Source: Oleiphilaceae bacterium (GTDB taxonomy: Bacteria > Pseudomonadota > Gammaproteobacteria > Pseudomonadales > Oleiphilaceae). Taken from it: a DNA stretch of 51,698 nt. Under the pieces are notes generated by a model. The model was not told the DNA's origin. It saw nothing but the letters and a program-made list of their open reading frames with translations, and made no database searches. The stretch's first letter is position 1, and every line of letters starts with the position of its first letter. The stretch spans positions 1 through 51,698 of the forward strand of contig JAWWBW010000001.1 of NCBI GenBank assembly GCA_033720775.1, given 5' to 3'. This document shows positions 1-9,197 of this stretch, piece by piece. The position numbers and the translations under genes are program-made.

Positions 1-258
1 ACAACCTGGGCGTTAGTGCACATTCTGAAAGCGGTAGAAATAGACATTTATAAGGTGCTGTCTGACAAAAATGCCTTGGTGAGTTTGCGCCAGATTCGTA
101 TGGAACTAGAAGCCACGCAAGAGGCTGTATGGAGCCCAATGATACTCAATGGCAGTGGTTTTGGTATGCTCGCTAATCATTCCCTCACGATGGCATCCTA
201 CATTTCCCGTGCGAGTGCGGCGATTATTGACTTGCGCAATTTGCTACAGCAGGGGTGA
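1..258 (+). CDS. 3' end of an unidentified protein-coding gene (truncated by window start)
   Basis: Frame 1 is open from nt 1 with no stop before the listed GTG at 16. TGA at 256-258 is followed shortly by a hairpin plus T-run terminator. No family recognised by eye. Confidence 0.4.
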   Translation, partial: TTWALVHILKAVEIDIYKVLSDKNALVSLRQIRMELEATQEAVWSPMILNGSGFGMLANHSLTMASYISRASAAIIDLRNLLQQG

Positions 259-270
259 TGGCCCTTGCAT

Positions 271-298
271 AAAAAAAGCCGCTAAAGCGGCTTTTTTT
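271..298. terminator. Bidirectional rho-independent terminator between the convergent upstream gene and ppa
   Basis: aaaaaaAGCCGCtaaaGCGGCTttttttt: 6-bp GC-rich stem (277-282 / 287-292) with a 4-nt loop. An A-run lies on one side and a T-run on the other, so it reads as a terminator on both strands. Confidence 0.75.
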
Positions 299-317
299 AT
301 TTCTGAGAAGCAGGGGA

Positions 318-845
318 TTACTTTTTAAAGTTAGCCACGGCTTTCTCGATGGAAGCTCGGGCTGCGTCGGCATTCTCCCAGCCTTTTACTTTAACCCACT
401 TGCCTTTTTCCAGGTCTTTGTAGTTTTCGAAGAAATGCTGAATCTGATCTTTGAGCAGCTGTGGCACGTCTTCGATGTCTTGGATTTGTTGATATTGTGT
501 TGACAGCTTGTCGTGTGGCACTGCGACCAGTTTCTCGTCACCACCGGCCTCGTCATCCATGTTCAACATGCCTACGGGGCGGCAGCGGATAATAGAGCCA
601 GGGATCACCGGATAGGGGGTAATAACCAGCACATCCAGTGGGTCGCCATCGTCAGCCAGCGTGTTTGGAATAAAGCCATAGTTGGCGGGATAAAACATAG
701 GCGTCGCCATAAAGCGGTCAACCATTACCGCACCCATGTCTTTATCTATTTCATATTTTACCGGAGAGCTGTTGGCTGGAATTTCGATGGCGACATAGAT
801 GTCATTAGGCAAATCCTTGCCCGCTGGAATGTTGTCGAAGTTCAT
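318..845 (-). CDS. ppa: Inorganic pyrophosphatase (family I)
   Basis: Motifs DGDPLDVLV and [12 protein letters not shown]. The ATG at 845 ([10 protein letters not shown]...) gives 175 aa, the typical length. The ORF-track extension to 911 adds 22 unconserved aa and overlaps the candidate promoter. Confidence 0.95.
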   Translation of the reverse strand: MNFDNIPAGKDLPNDIYVAIEIPANSSPVKYEIDKDMGAVMVDRFMATPMFYPANYGFIPNTLADDGDPLDVLVITPYPVIPGSIIRCRPVGMLNMDDEAGGDEKLVAVPHDKLSTQYQQIQDIEDVPQLLKDQIQHFFENYKDLEKGKWVKVKGWENADAARASIEKAVANFKK

Positions 846-887
846 GGTGATTAACCTTTCGTTGTTGGCCCACAAAGAAAAGCGGCG

Positions 888-916
888 ATTATACGGCTTC
901 GCAAGCCCCAAACCAA
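888..916 (-). promoter_or_regulatory. Candidate sigma70 promoter for ppa
   Basis: Minus strand reads TTGGTT (916-911), 17-nt spacer, TATAAT (893-888), about 40 nt upstream of the ATG at 845. Confidence 0.45.
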
Positions 917-944
917 TAGCTTGTGCCAGTGTGATTGGTTTGGG
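907..944 (-). repeat. 11-bp perfect inverted repeat (hairpin) in the rpiA-ppa spacer
   Basis: CCCAAACCAAT (907-917) pairs with ATTGGTTTGGG (934-944) across a 16-nt loop. There is no adjacent U-run on the minus strand, so it is not a classical terminator. It overlaps the candidate -35 of ppa. Confidence 0.5.
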
Positions 945-966
945 CGCGATTCATTGCGTTTAAGGC

Positions 967-1641
967 TTAACTGCGTGTGATGTGTTTGACTTCGGTTGGT
1001 GTGCCACACAATAGTAGGTCAGCGGGGCGCAGAGCAAACAGTCCGTTGGTGATGACGCCCGGGATCATATTGATCTGGCTTTCCAGTTTTTGTGGCTCCA
1101 TGATTTTCAGGTTGTGTACATCCAGGATCAGGTTACCGTTGTCGGTAACAAAACCTTCGCGCAAGACAGGGTCGCCACCGAGTTTAACCAGTTCTCTGCC
1201 TACCAGACTGCGGGCCATTGGGAGTACTTCTACGGGCAAGGGAAATGCGCCGAGTAGATCGACCTGTTTGCTTTCGTCGACGATGCAGATAAATTCTTTT
1301 GCCACTTGAGCGACTATTTTTTCTCGGGTTAGGGCACCGCCGCCGCCTTTTATCATTTCGAGGTGCGCATTCACTTCATCGGCACCATCAATATAAAACT
1401 CCATGCTTTCAACGCTGTTGAGGTCGTAAACCGGAATGCCATGCTGCTTGAGGCGTGCCGCGGTGGCTTCAGAGCTCGCAACGGCCCCATCAAACAAGTG
1501 CTTAAATGCGGCAAGGGCGTCGATAAAAAAGTTTGCGGTCGAGCCGGTACCAACGCCGACAATGCTGTCGTTATCCAGCTTGGGTTGAATGTAGTCGGCG
1601 GCCGCCTGCGCGACGCGTTGTTTGAGTTGGTCCTGGTTCAT
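967..1641 (-). CDS. rpiA: Ribose-5-phosphate isomerase A
   Basis: Motifs [21 protein letters not shown] and [11 protein letters not shown]. 224 aa. Confidence 0.95.
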   Translation of the reverse strand: MNQDQLKQRVAQAAADYIQPKLDNDSIVGVGTGSTANFFIDALAAFKHLFDGAVASSEATAARLKQHGIPVYDLNSVESMEFYIDGADEVNAHLEMIKGGGGALTREKIVAQVAKEFICIVDESKQVDLLGAFPLPVEVLPMARSLVGRELVKLGGDPVLREGFVTDNGNLILDVHNLKIMEPQKLESQINMIPGVITNGLFALRPADLLLCGTPTEVKHITRS

Positions 1642-1676
1642 GGAGATACCTTGGTGACGGAATGCGTGAGGCCGCT

Positions 1677-1705
1677 ATTATAGGGATTAGGCGCATCTGA
1701 GTGAA
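1677..1705 (-). promoter_or_regulatory. Candidate sigma70 promoter for rpiA
   Basis: Minus strand reads TTCACT (1705-1700), 17-nt spacer, TATAAT (1682-1677), 36 nt upstream of the rpiA ATG. Confidence 0.4.
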
Positions 1706-1720
1706 CGTATGTGGCAGGAT

Positions 1721-3463
1721 TTATCGATTGTTTTGCGAGGCAACGAAATGGGCCACCTTGGTCGCGGGAATGGGGCGCCCGAACAGGTAGCCCTGAAGCG
1801 TATCGCACTGGTGTTGTCTCAGAAAGTGGCTTTGAGTTTCGTTCTCAACGCCCTCTGCAACGACCTTTAGCCCCAAGGTGTGGGATAAACCAATAATCGC
1901 TTTTACGATCGCTTCATCATTGCGGTCCACGCTGATGTCTTTCACAAAACTTTGGTCAATTTTGAGGCAATCAAGTGGCAGTTGGCGCAAGTAATTGAGC
2001 GAAGAATAGCCCGTACCAAAATCATCCACGGCGATCTCTACCCCGAGGGCATGAATTTTATTGAACATGCTTATGGTTGTTTTTGGGTCGTCCATCACCG
2101 TGCTTTCGGTTAGTTCCAGTTCAAGGCAGTGCGGCGGTAGCTGGCTTTCTTTGAGTGCATCTTCAAGTATCTGCAAGAAGTTATTCGCCTGAATTTGCCG
2201 ATTGGAAATATTGACCGCTACTTTCACCTGTTCATCGATGATGCCCTCGTTTTGCCACTGTTTTAGCTGATGGCAACAGTGGCGTAAAATCCATTCCCCC
2301 AGACGCGGAATGAGTCCGCTCTCTTCTGCGATAGGAATAAACAGCGCGGGGCTTATCCACTCACCTTTTCTATGCCAGCGCATCAAGGCTTCAAAGCCGA
2401 TGAGTTCGCCATTGCTCGCGCGAAATTGCGGCTGATAAAACACGCTAAGCTCGTTCTCGCTGATGGCCTCATTTAAGGCGCGTGCAATTTCCATGCGTTT
2501 TAGGGCTTGAGCTTCCAGCTCCGGAGAAAAATAGGCAAACTGGCTTCGGCCTTTTCGTTTGGCCTGATACATGGCCGCATCGGCGGCCTTCAATAAATCT
2601 GCGGCTGTCAGGTAGCTATCATCATATAGCGCAATACCGATGCTGCTCGAAACCAGGATTTCATGGCGTTCCAGTTCGTGTGGAAGTACCAGGTTGTCGA
2701 GAATTTTCTGCGCGACAAGCCCAGCGTCTTCCTCGCGCTCCAGTTCATCCAGAATGACGGCAAATTCATCCCCCCCAAGACGGGCGACAAAATCGCTTTT
2801 GCGTACAGTTTGTTGCACGCGCTGCGCCACGCTTTTTAACAGCATGTCTCCAACGTCGTGCCCCAGCGAATCGTTAATATTCTTGAAGTGGTCGAGATCC
2901 AAAAACAATAACGCTAGTTTTCGGCCATCACGTTTGGCGCGCTCCATCAGGTTAACCAGTATGTTGGTGATTTCATCCCGGTTGTACATGCCGGTTAAGC
3001 GATCAAGTTGCGCGTAATGCTGTAGCTGTTGAAAGGCTTTTTCGAGGCTCTGTCTCTGCTGGTGAATTAGTCGTCGTTGCTGATCGAGTTCCAAAAATAT
3101 TTTGACTTTGGCGCGAATGATTTCGGGCTCAATGGGCTTGAACAATACATCGACACCGCCACTTTGATAGCTTTCAACGAGCACCTCGTTGCTGCGTTCC
3201 GAGCCGGTGATAAAAATGATAGGAATATATTGGGTTTCGGGCTTTGCGCGAAGCGTCATGGCGACTTCATGGCCGTTCATGTCTGGCATTACGACATCAA
3301 GCAGGATAAGCGACACGTCGTGTTTTTGCGTTAAGTCCAAGGCTTCGTGGCCGGAGTGTGCCTTTAAAATCAGGGTGTCGGACCCAGAGACGATGGCTTC
3401 GAGCATCGCGAGGTTGGCTGGCACATCGTCTACCAGTAATATTTTTTGCGGTTCTGAAGACAT
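1721..3463 (-). CDS. Response-regulator receiver + GGDEF + EAL protein (c-di-GMP turnover)
   Basis: N-terminal REC (LLVDDVPANLAML...). GGDEF with an RxxD I-site (RKSDFVARLGGDEF). EAL domain motifs EALMRW, DDFGTGYSSL and KIDQSFV. 580 aa. Confidence 0.9.
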   Translation of the reverse strand: MSSEPQKILLVDDVPANLAMLEAIVSGSDTLILKAHSGHEALDLTQKHDVSLILLDVVMPDMNGHEVAMTLRAKPETQYIPIIFITGSERSNEVLVESYQSGGVDVLFKPIEPEIIRAKVKIFLELDQQRRLIHQQRQSLEKAFQQLQHYAQLDRLTGMYNRDEITNILVNLMERAKRDGRKLALLFLDLDHFKNINDSLGHDVGDMLLKSVAQRVQQTVRKSDFVARLGGDEFAVILDELEREEDAGLVAQKILDNLVLPHELERHEILVSSSIGIALYDDSYLTAADLLKAADAAMYQAKRKGRSQFAYFSPELEAQALKRMEIARALNEAISENELSVFYQPQFRASNGELIGFEALMRWHRKGEWISPALFIPIAEESGLIPRLGEWILRHCCHQLKQWQNEGIIDEQVKVAVNISNRQIQANNFLQILEDALKESQLPPHCLELELTESTVMDDPKTTISMFNKIHALGVEIAVDDFGTGYSSLNYLRQLPLDCLKIDQSFVKDISVDRNDEAIVKAIIGLSHTLGLKVVAEGVENETQSHFLRQHQCDTLQGYLFGRPIPATKVAHFVASQNNR

Positions 3464-3757
3464 CGTATTCGCAAACTTCCGGACAACTCTGGTTTGCGGG
3501 CAAGCCGAAGGTATGTCGGCGCAGCGCGCGCGTGATCGTGATTTCTGGCTAGAACAGTGGTTCCTTGTCGCAGGTAGGAGCGGCTCAACTGTTCGCGTAT
3601 CGAACTCTTAAAGGTTTAGCAGACAGAAGCGGAATAATCCACTCGTTTCAAGGCCTTAAATTAGGTAGAATTGCCGCGCAAGGCATAGATGAATAATAAA
3701 CAAAATATCGCCCTGGCTTACATGAGCTCCCCTTATTTCGATCTAAAGTGAATCAGC

Positions 3758-5278
3758 ATGTTAAATCGCTATATCAAAAAGATACTTGATGCGCGTGTAT
3801 ACGATATCGCCGTTGAGACGCCGCTTACTTCCGCCTCCCAATTGTCCCAGCGGTTTAATAACCAGATTTACCTGAAGCGTGAAGACTTACAGCCTGTTTT
3901 TTCTTTTAAGCTGCGAGGCGCGTATAACCGAGTGCGTCAGCTTTCCGAAGTGGAGCGAAAGAAAGGGGTTATTGCTGCATCGGCTGGAAATCACGCTCAA
4001 GGGCTAGCTTTGGCGGCGCAAAAGCTGGGTATCAAAGCGACTATCGTGATGCCCAAGACGACGCCTGAAATTAAGGTCAATTCGGTCAAGGCGAAGGGTG
4101 CTAAAGTGGTGCTTATTGGTGATGCGTTTGATGAAGCATCGGCTTATGCGCAAGAGCAAGTGAAAAAGAAAGGCCTGGTTTATGTGCCGCCATATGACGA
4201 TGAAGATGTCATCGCCGGGCAGGGGACTGTGGCGATGGAGATGCTGATGCAGCATACCGAGTCGGCACATGCGGTGTTCGTACCCGTAGGTGGCGGGGGA
4301 CTGATTGCGGGCATGGCCGCTTATATCAAGTATGTCAGGCCCGAGATAAAGGTGATCGGCGTTGAGCCCGAAGATGCTGCGTGTTTGAAGGCCGCCCTGG
4401 ATCATGATCGAAGAGTGATTTTGGATGAGGTGGGTATTTTTGCCGACGGTGTCGCCGTTAGACAAATTGGTAAGTTGCCCTTCGAGGTTGCGCGGGAGTG
4501 TGTCGACGAGGTGGTGACGGTAACGACCGATGAGATCTGTGCTGCGATAAAAGATATTTTTGATGATACGCGGGCTATTGCCGAGCCCGCCGGTGCGATA
4601 GGTGTCGCCGGGTTAAAAAAATACGTTGAGACAACAGGTGTTGAAAATGAAAACCTGTTGACCGTTGTCAGTGGTGCCAATATCAACTTTGACCGGTTGC
4701 GGTATATTTCAGAGCGTACCGAAATTGGTGAAAAGCGTGAGGCCATCTTTGCCGTTACGCTACCCGAAAAGCCCGGTAGCTATAAACAGTTCATCAAGGC
4801 TCTGCACAAGCGAAACATCACTGAGTTCAATTACCGTTATGCAGACGGTTATGATGCACAGGTCTTTGTTGGCGTGCAGATTTCGCAAGGAGGAAAAGAT
4901 CGCGAGCAAATCGTTACAGAGCTCCGTGAGCAGGGCTATCCGGTGCTAGATATGACAGATAATGAGCTCGCTAAACTCCACATTCGTCACATGGTTGGTG
5001 GTCGTTCTACTGGTGTTGGAAGTGAGCGTGTTTTTCGCTTTGAGTTTCCAGAGCGTCCCGGTGCCTTGATGAAATTTCTGACCTCACTTGGCTCCAAGTG
5101 GAATATTTCGATGTTCCATTATCGTAATCATGGCGCGGCGTACAGTCGTGTGCTGATGGGGGTGCAAGTGGAGGAGTCTGAGCGCGAGGTGTTTACCCAT
5201 ATGCTCGATGAAGTCGGCTTTCGCTATTGGGAAGAGAGTGACAACGAGGCCTATCAGTTGTTTTTACGTGGCAAGTGA
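3758..5278 (+). CDS. ilvA: Biosynthetic threonine dehydratase (threonine ammonia-lyase)
   Basis: PLP-lysine motif FSFKLRGAYN and glycine loop PVGGGGLIAG. 506 aa with a duplicated C-terminal regulatory region typical of IlvA. Confidence 0.95.
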   Translation: MLNRYIKKILDARVYDIAVETPLTSASQLSQRFNNQIYLKREDLQPVFSFKLRGAYNRVRQLSEVERKKGVIAASAGNHAQGLALAAQKLGIKATIVMPKTTPEIKVNSVKAKGAKVVLIGDAFDEASAYAQEQVKKKGLVYVPPYDDEDVIAGQGTVAMEMLMQHTESAHAVFVPVGGGGLIAGMAAYIKYVRPEIKVIGVEPEDAACLKAALDHDRRVILDEVGIFADGVAVRQIGKLPFEVARECVDEVVTVTTDEICAAIKDIFDDTRAIAEPAGAIGVAGLKKYVETTGVENENLLTVVSGANINFDRLRYISERTEIGEKREAIFAVTLPEKPGSYKQFIKALHKRNITEFNYRYADGYDAQVFVGVQISQGGKDREQIVTELREQGYPVLDMTDNELAKLHIRHMVGGRSTGVGSERVFRFEFPERPGALMKFLTSLGSKWNISMFHYRNHGAAYSRVLMGVQVEESEREVFTHMLDEVGFRYWEESDNEAYQLFLRGK

Positions 5279-5648
5279 GGCTGGTTGTTATAAGGGCGGT
5301 ATTAGGCAGGCTGGAAGTTTTGCTTGCCAAGCGGTCAATAAAGTTAGCTATTTTAGGAGCAATTTATTAAAATTCACGAGCTTATGCGGACTTGCTAATG
5401 GATTTTTTTAAAAAGTTTGCTACTTTAATGATACGTATAGAAATAGGTCGACACTCTCATGAAGCGTAAACCAGACGCCATGCTAACAATGGTGCTACTG
5501 TTCTGCCTTGGTTTGGCAATTAGCGGCTTCTCTTCCATGTCGGTTGGTTCTGACGAGAGGCGCCCTTCGGTAGAGCAAAGTTCTCGGTTCTGACAGGCCT
5601 TGGCGTGCGCGTTTAGCTAGCACTTGGACTAGCCCGAGGATGCGTTGT

Positions 5649-6248
5649 CTACCGAAAACGGTAGTACGCCTTATCTGTTATCACTCCTCTAAGCGGGACG
5701 TCCCAGCGCTCGCGGGGCAGCAATTCCAATCTCTGAAAGTCATGCGCCAATCCGAATAGTCGTGGGCCAATTCGTGGTGTGCGACACTTGAATGCAAAGC
5801 TTTTGTCATAATACCCGCCTCCCATTCCCAGTCGATTGCCTTTTTTATCGAATGCCACGAGTGGCAACAGTACTGCGTCAAGATGCCGTGGAGAGCGAGA
5901 TTTAGTGGTGCGGATATCGGGTTCGGGAATGCCGTAGCGATTGTTACGCATTGCCTGGTCGCGGCGATAGCGGGCGAAAAACAAACCTTTGTTTGGTAGT
6001 GGGTGCAGAACCGGTAGGTATATTTCGATGCCTGCTTTTTCTAGTTCATTCAGAAAAAGGCGTGGATCAAGTTCGCCGTCGTTGCCAAGGTAAACGGCCA
6101 GCCTTATGCCTCTTTTGAGGAGAAAGCTTTGTTTTAACTGGTGGAATGCTCTGAGGGATGCTGTGCGTTGTTCTTTGGGGTTAAGCGCTTGTCTCTTACG
6201 CCGCATCGCTCGTCTGATGCTGGCTTTATCGAGTGGTGCGGAAGTCAT
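5649..6248 (-). CDS. ygfA: 5-formyltetrahydrofolate cyclo-ligase
   Basis: GMGGGYYDK motif, about 199 aa. It lies directly downstream of 6S RNA on the same strand, as in the E. coli ssrS-ygfA unit. Confidence 0.85.
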   Translation of the reverse strand: MTSAPLDKASIRRAMRRKRQALNPKEQRTASLRAFHQLKQSFLLKRGIRLAVYLGNDGELDPRLFLNELEKAGIEIYLPVLHPLPNKGLFFARYRRDQAMRNNRYGIPEPDIRTTKSRSPRHLDAVLLPLVAFDKKGNRLGMGGGYYDKSFAFKCRTPRIGPRLFGLAHDFQRLELLPRERWDVPLRGVITDKAYYRFR

Positions 6249-6276
6249 GCTGGTAGTGTGGGGTTAGGAGTGGTTG

Positions 6277-6455
6277 GCGCCCGGTGATGCCGCTGCCGGA
6301 TAAGGCCTTGAACCCGGAAGTTCAAGGGGGTGATCACTAGAGATAAATTAGGCTTTCCCGTCAGAGGGGACCTGCACACATTACCCGAAGCGATTACCAA
6401 AAGGGTATTATCGGCTCGAGGACGTATCCAGCTGGCCAACATCCCAGGACGCACT
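6277..6455 (-). ncRNA. ssrS: 6S RNA (RNA polymerase-sigma70 regulatory RNA); ends approximate (+/-5 nt)
   Basis: The minus strand aligns by eye with E. coli 6S RNA as recalled. 5' part: CUGGGAUGUUGGC...CCUCGAGCCGAUAAUACCC versus CUGAGAUGUUCGC...CCCUGAGCCGAUAUUUCAUACC. 3' part: CCUUGAACUUCCGGGUUCAAGGCCUUAUCCGGCAGCGGCAUCACC versus CCUUGAACCAAGGGUUCAAGGGUUACAGCCUGCGGCGGCAUCUC. It has the canonical zapA-ssrS-ygfA position, and a TATACT -10-like box lies just upstream. Confidence 0.85.
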
Positions 6456-6577
6456 CGCATAGTATAAATTGTTCGCGGCAAAATGTAGCCCTCGTAACGA
6501 AAAAAAACATATGAAGTATGCAGCGTGATGGAGGTGATGGCGTGTCATGACGACTCGCCACTACTGAGGAATCGCTG

Positions 6578-6862
6578 TCAGGCTTTGGGTAAGGCTTCGT
6601 CCAGACGCTTTTCGAGCGAATCCAGAAACGTTTGTTGGTCGATCTGGCTGGCGGAGCTTTCCATCATTTCATAAGTGATGTTAAGTGCGGCCATGACGGC
6701 GATACGTTCGGTGCCGTGCACTTTTCCTGAGGCTCGTATTTCTCGCATTTTTTTATCGAGGTGCTCTGCGGCCTCTCGTAGGGCATGCTTTTTTTCGTCT
6801 GGGCATGCTACCAGGTATTCTTTTTCAAGAATTTTTACTTCCAGAGTGTTGGCATCTGCCAT
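6578..6862 (-). CDS. zapA: Cell division protein ZapA
   Basis: 94-aa protein (LEVKILEKEYLVACPDEKKHALREAAEHLDKKMREIR...) typical of ZapA, in the conserved position upstream of ssrS. Confidence 0.9.
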   Translation of the reverse strand: MADANTLEVKILEKEYLVACPDEKKHALREAAEHLDKKMREIRASGKVHGTERIAVMAALNITYEMMESSASQIDQQTFLDSLEKRLDEALPKA

Positions 6863-7069
6863 TTAAGATTGCTCCAAAGCTTTAAGGCGGCCGATCATGG
6901 CTTCAATTTTGTTTCTGGCCAGATCATTTTTTTGTAAGAGTCGCGCGCGTTCGTTTTGCCAGTCTTCTTGCAATTCGCGCAAGGCTGCGTTGTCAGCCTC
7001 CAGCTTGTGACAATACGCCAGCAGTTGATCGACCTTGTCGGAGAACTGACTGAGGCGGTTCTTGTTCAT
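6863..7069 (-). CDS. Small coiled-coil protein (TIGR02449 / ZapB-like) upstream of zapA
   Basis: 68 aa from the ATG at 7069 (MNKNRLSQFSDKVDQLL...), with heptad-rich sequence. Its stop TAA abuts the zapA ATG (TAAATG). Family assignment is from memory of Pseudomonas synteny. Confidence 0.6.
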   Translation of the reverse strand: MNKNRLSQFSDKVDQLLAYCHKLEADNAALRELQEDWQNERARLLQKNDLARNKIEAMIGRLKALEQS

Positions 7070-7243
7070 TATATGTATCCGTTTCGTAGCGTGTCGCGGT
7101 TGGGGCACCCGAATCTTCCTCTACAGATAGTCGGGCTTTGGAACAAACTATAATTTGGCCCACCCGGACGGTCAATAAGGCTATGATCCAAAGCGGCATC
7201 AATCGTATAATCTGCGACAATTTTATGAAGGAGTGCACGCCGA

Positions 7244-7837
7244 ATGAGCCAAGTTTCACCACGCGACACCGAGTTCGATTGGCTGGCAAATGTATACAAC
7301 TCGCATGCCGCAATCAATCATCCCAGTGAATTGCATGGCTTGCTGATGGGGCAGCTCGCCGGGGGCGAGAGACTTGAACCTGAGCAATGGCTGAGTCAGG
7401 TCGTTGAACATATGGGTGTTGAACAGTTGGCCACAGATAAGCAGCCGGGGCTGTTAGATGATCTTGTCAGTTTCTATGAGCACGTAGACGATGAGATTGC
7501 GCAGGACTCAACCAGCTTTACCCTGTTTTTGCCTGACGACGAATATGCCTTGACTGAACGCCTTGAAGCTTTGGCGTTATGGGTGCGGGGATTTCTTGAA
7601 GGAATTGCCATCGCGGCAAGTGAGCGCTTGGCGCAAATCGATGAAGATTTACAGGAAATCCTGCGTGACATGGTCGATATTAGTCAGCTGGATGAGCGCG
7701 TCTCTGCCAGTGAAGAGGCTGAACGGGAATTTTTTGAAATCTGTGAGTATGTTCGTGTGGGAGTGCTTAATCTCTACGCCGAGTTTAATGAGCCATCCGT
7801 TCCTGAAGAGACGCCTCCAAGTCCGACCTTGCATTAA
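7244..7837 (+). CDS. ygfB: UPF0149 family protein YgfB
   Basis: 197-aa acidic protein at the conserved ygfB-pepP-ubiH-ubiI position. N-terminal HPSELHGLLMGQLAGG is typical of YgfB. Confidence 0.8.
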   Translation: MSQVSPRDTEFDWLANVYNSHAAINHPSELHGLLMGQLAGGERLEPEQWLSQVVEHMGVEQLATDKQPGLLDDLVSFYEHVDDEIAQDSTSFTLFLPDDEYALTERLEALALWVRGFLEGIAIAASERLAQIDEDLQEILRDMVDISQLDERVSASEEAEREFFEICEYVRVGVLNLYAEFNEPSVPEETPPSPTLH

Positions 7838-7875
7838 ACGCATGGTTGCAAAGCTAAATCGTTGTTGAGTTGGTA

Positions 7876-9192
7876 ATGAATAAAAAAGAATTTTTGCGCC
7901 GTCGTCAGTATCTTGCTGAACAAATGGGCGAAAACAGCATTGCAATTTTGCCATCCGCTGGCCTTAAAAACCGCAATAGAGATGTCGACTACCATTTTCG
8001 ACAAGATAGTGACTTTCTGTACTTGAGCGGCTTTAACGAGCCAGAAGCTGTGCTGGTGATTATTCCGGGCCGGGAGCATGGTGAGAGTGTTCTTTTCTGT
8101 CGCGAGCGTAACCCTGAGAAAGAACAGTGGGATGGTTATATTGCGGGGCCGGAGAGAGTCACTGATTTACTGGGTGTCGATGATGCCTTCCCGATCGGAG
8201 ATATTGACGACATTCTTCCTGGCATGATTGAAGGCACCGACAAGGTGTATTACTCGATGGGGCTTGATCCACAATTTGACGCCCGTGTGATGGACTGGAT
8301 CAATGTCATTCGCAGCAAGGTGCGCAGTGGTGCGCATCCTCCGGGTGAATTTGTGGCATTGGAACATGCCTTGCACGAATTACGCTTGTATAAGAGCAAG
8401 GCGGAACTAAAAGTGATGGCCAAAGCGGCTGAGATTAGTGCTCAGGCGCATGTGAAAGCCATGCAGATTTGCCAGCCTGGGATGTTTGAATACCAGTTGG
8501 AAGCCGCCATTATTCATGAGTGTATGCAGCAGGGCGCGCGTTTTACGGCGTACCCCTCTATTGTCGGTGCGGGTCGCAACGGTTGTATTTTGCATTACAT
8601 AGAAAATAATGCAGCGATGCACGATGGAGATCTGGTACTTATTGATGCCGGATGTGAGCTCGAGGGCTATGCGTCGGATATTACTCGTACTTTTCCAGTA
8701 AACGGTCGTTTTAGCCCAGAGCAGAAAGCGCTCTATGACATTGTGCTGGATGCTCAGACAGAAGCCATTCGTGCAGTAAAAAGTGGCAATCACTGGAATC
8801 ATCCGCATGAAGCAGCAGTAGAAGTCATTACACAAGGGCTGATTGATCTGGGTATTCTGAACGGAACCCGTGAGGAGTTGATTGAACAGGAAGCCTACAA
8901 GCCTTTTTATATGCATCGCACCGGTCACTGGCTCGGGCTCGATGTGCACGACGTTGGTGAGTACAAAGTAGGTGGTGAGTGGCGGGTTTTAGAGCCCGGT
9001 ATGGTGCTCACAGTTGAGCCGGGTTTGTACATCTCTCACGACTGTAAAAGTGTGGATAAAAAATGGCGAGGCATTGGTATTCGAATTGAGGATGACGTTG
9101 TCGTTACCGACAAGGCGCCCAAAGTGCTCACCAAGAGTGTACCTAAGTCGGTGGCCGATATTGAATCGATAATGCAGAGTGGCAGGGTGTAG
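7876..9192 (+). CDS. pepP: Xaa-Pro aminopeptidase (M24B)
   Basis: Motifs HRTGHWLGLDVHD, VLTVEPGLY and IRIEDDVVVT. I prefer the ATG at 7876 over the listed TTG at 7870. Confidence 0.9.
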   Translation: MNKKEFLRRRQYLAEQMGENSIAILPSAGLKNRNRDVDYHFRQDSDFLYLSGFNEPEAVLVIIPGREHGESVLFCRERNPEKEQWDGYIAGPERVTDLLGVDDAFPIGDIDDILPGMIEGTDKVYYSMGLDPQFDARVMDWINVIRSKVRSGAHPPGEFVALEHALHELRLYKSKAELKVMAKAAEISAQAHVKAMQICQPGMFEYQLEAAIIHECMQQGARFTAYPSIVGAGRNGCILHYIENNAAMHDGDLVLIDAGCELEGYASDITRTFPVNGRFSPEQKALYDIVLDAQTEAIRAVKSGNHWNHPHEAAVEVITQGLIDLGILNGTREELIEQEAYKPFYMHRTGHWLGLDVHDVGEYKVGGEWRVLEPGMVLTVEPGLYISHDCKSVDKKWRGIGIRIEDDVVVTDKAPKVLTKSVPKSVADIESIMQSGRV

Positions 9193-9197
9193 CCTGA

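Noticed and set aside
513-854. 113-aa plus-strand ORF antisense to ppa
   Set aside because: It lies fully inside a confidently identified gene on the other strand. Its Arg/His-rich composition is typical of antisense frames.
6245-6481. 78-aa minus-strand ORF in the zapA-ygfA spacer
   Set aside because: It coincides with the 6S RNA gene. It has no SD and is an Arg/Pro-rich low-complexity translation, so it is an artefact of translating a structured RNA.
8407-8949. 180-aa minus-strand ORF antisense to pepP
   Set aside because: It is embedded in pepP, with no recognisable motifs and no SD. Long antisense ORFs are expected by chance in moderately GC-rich coding DNA.
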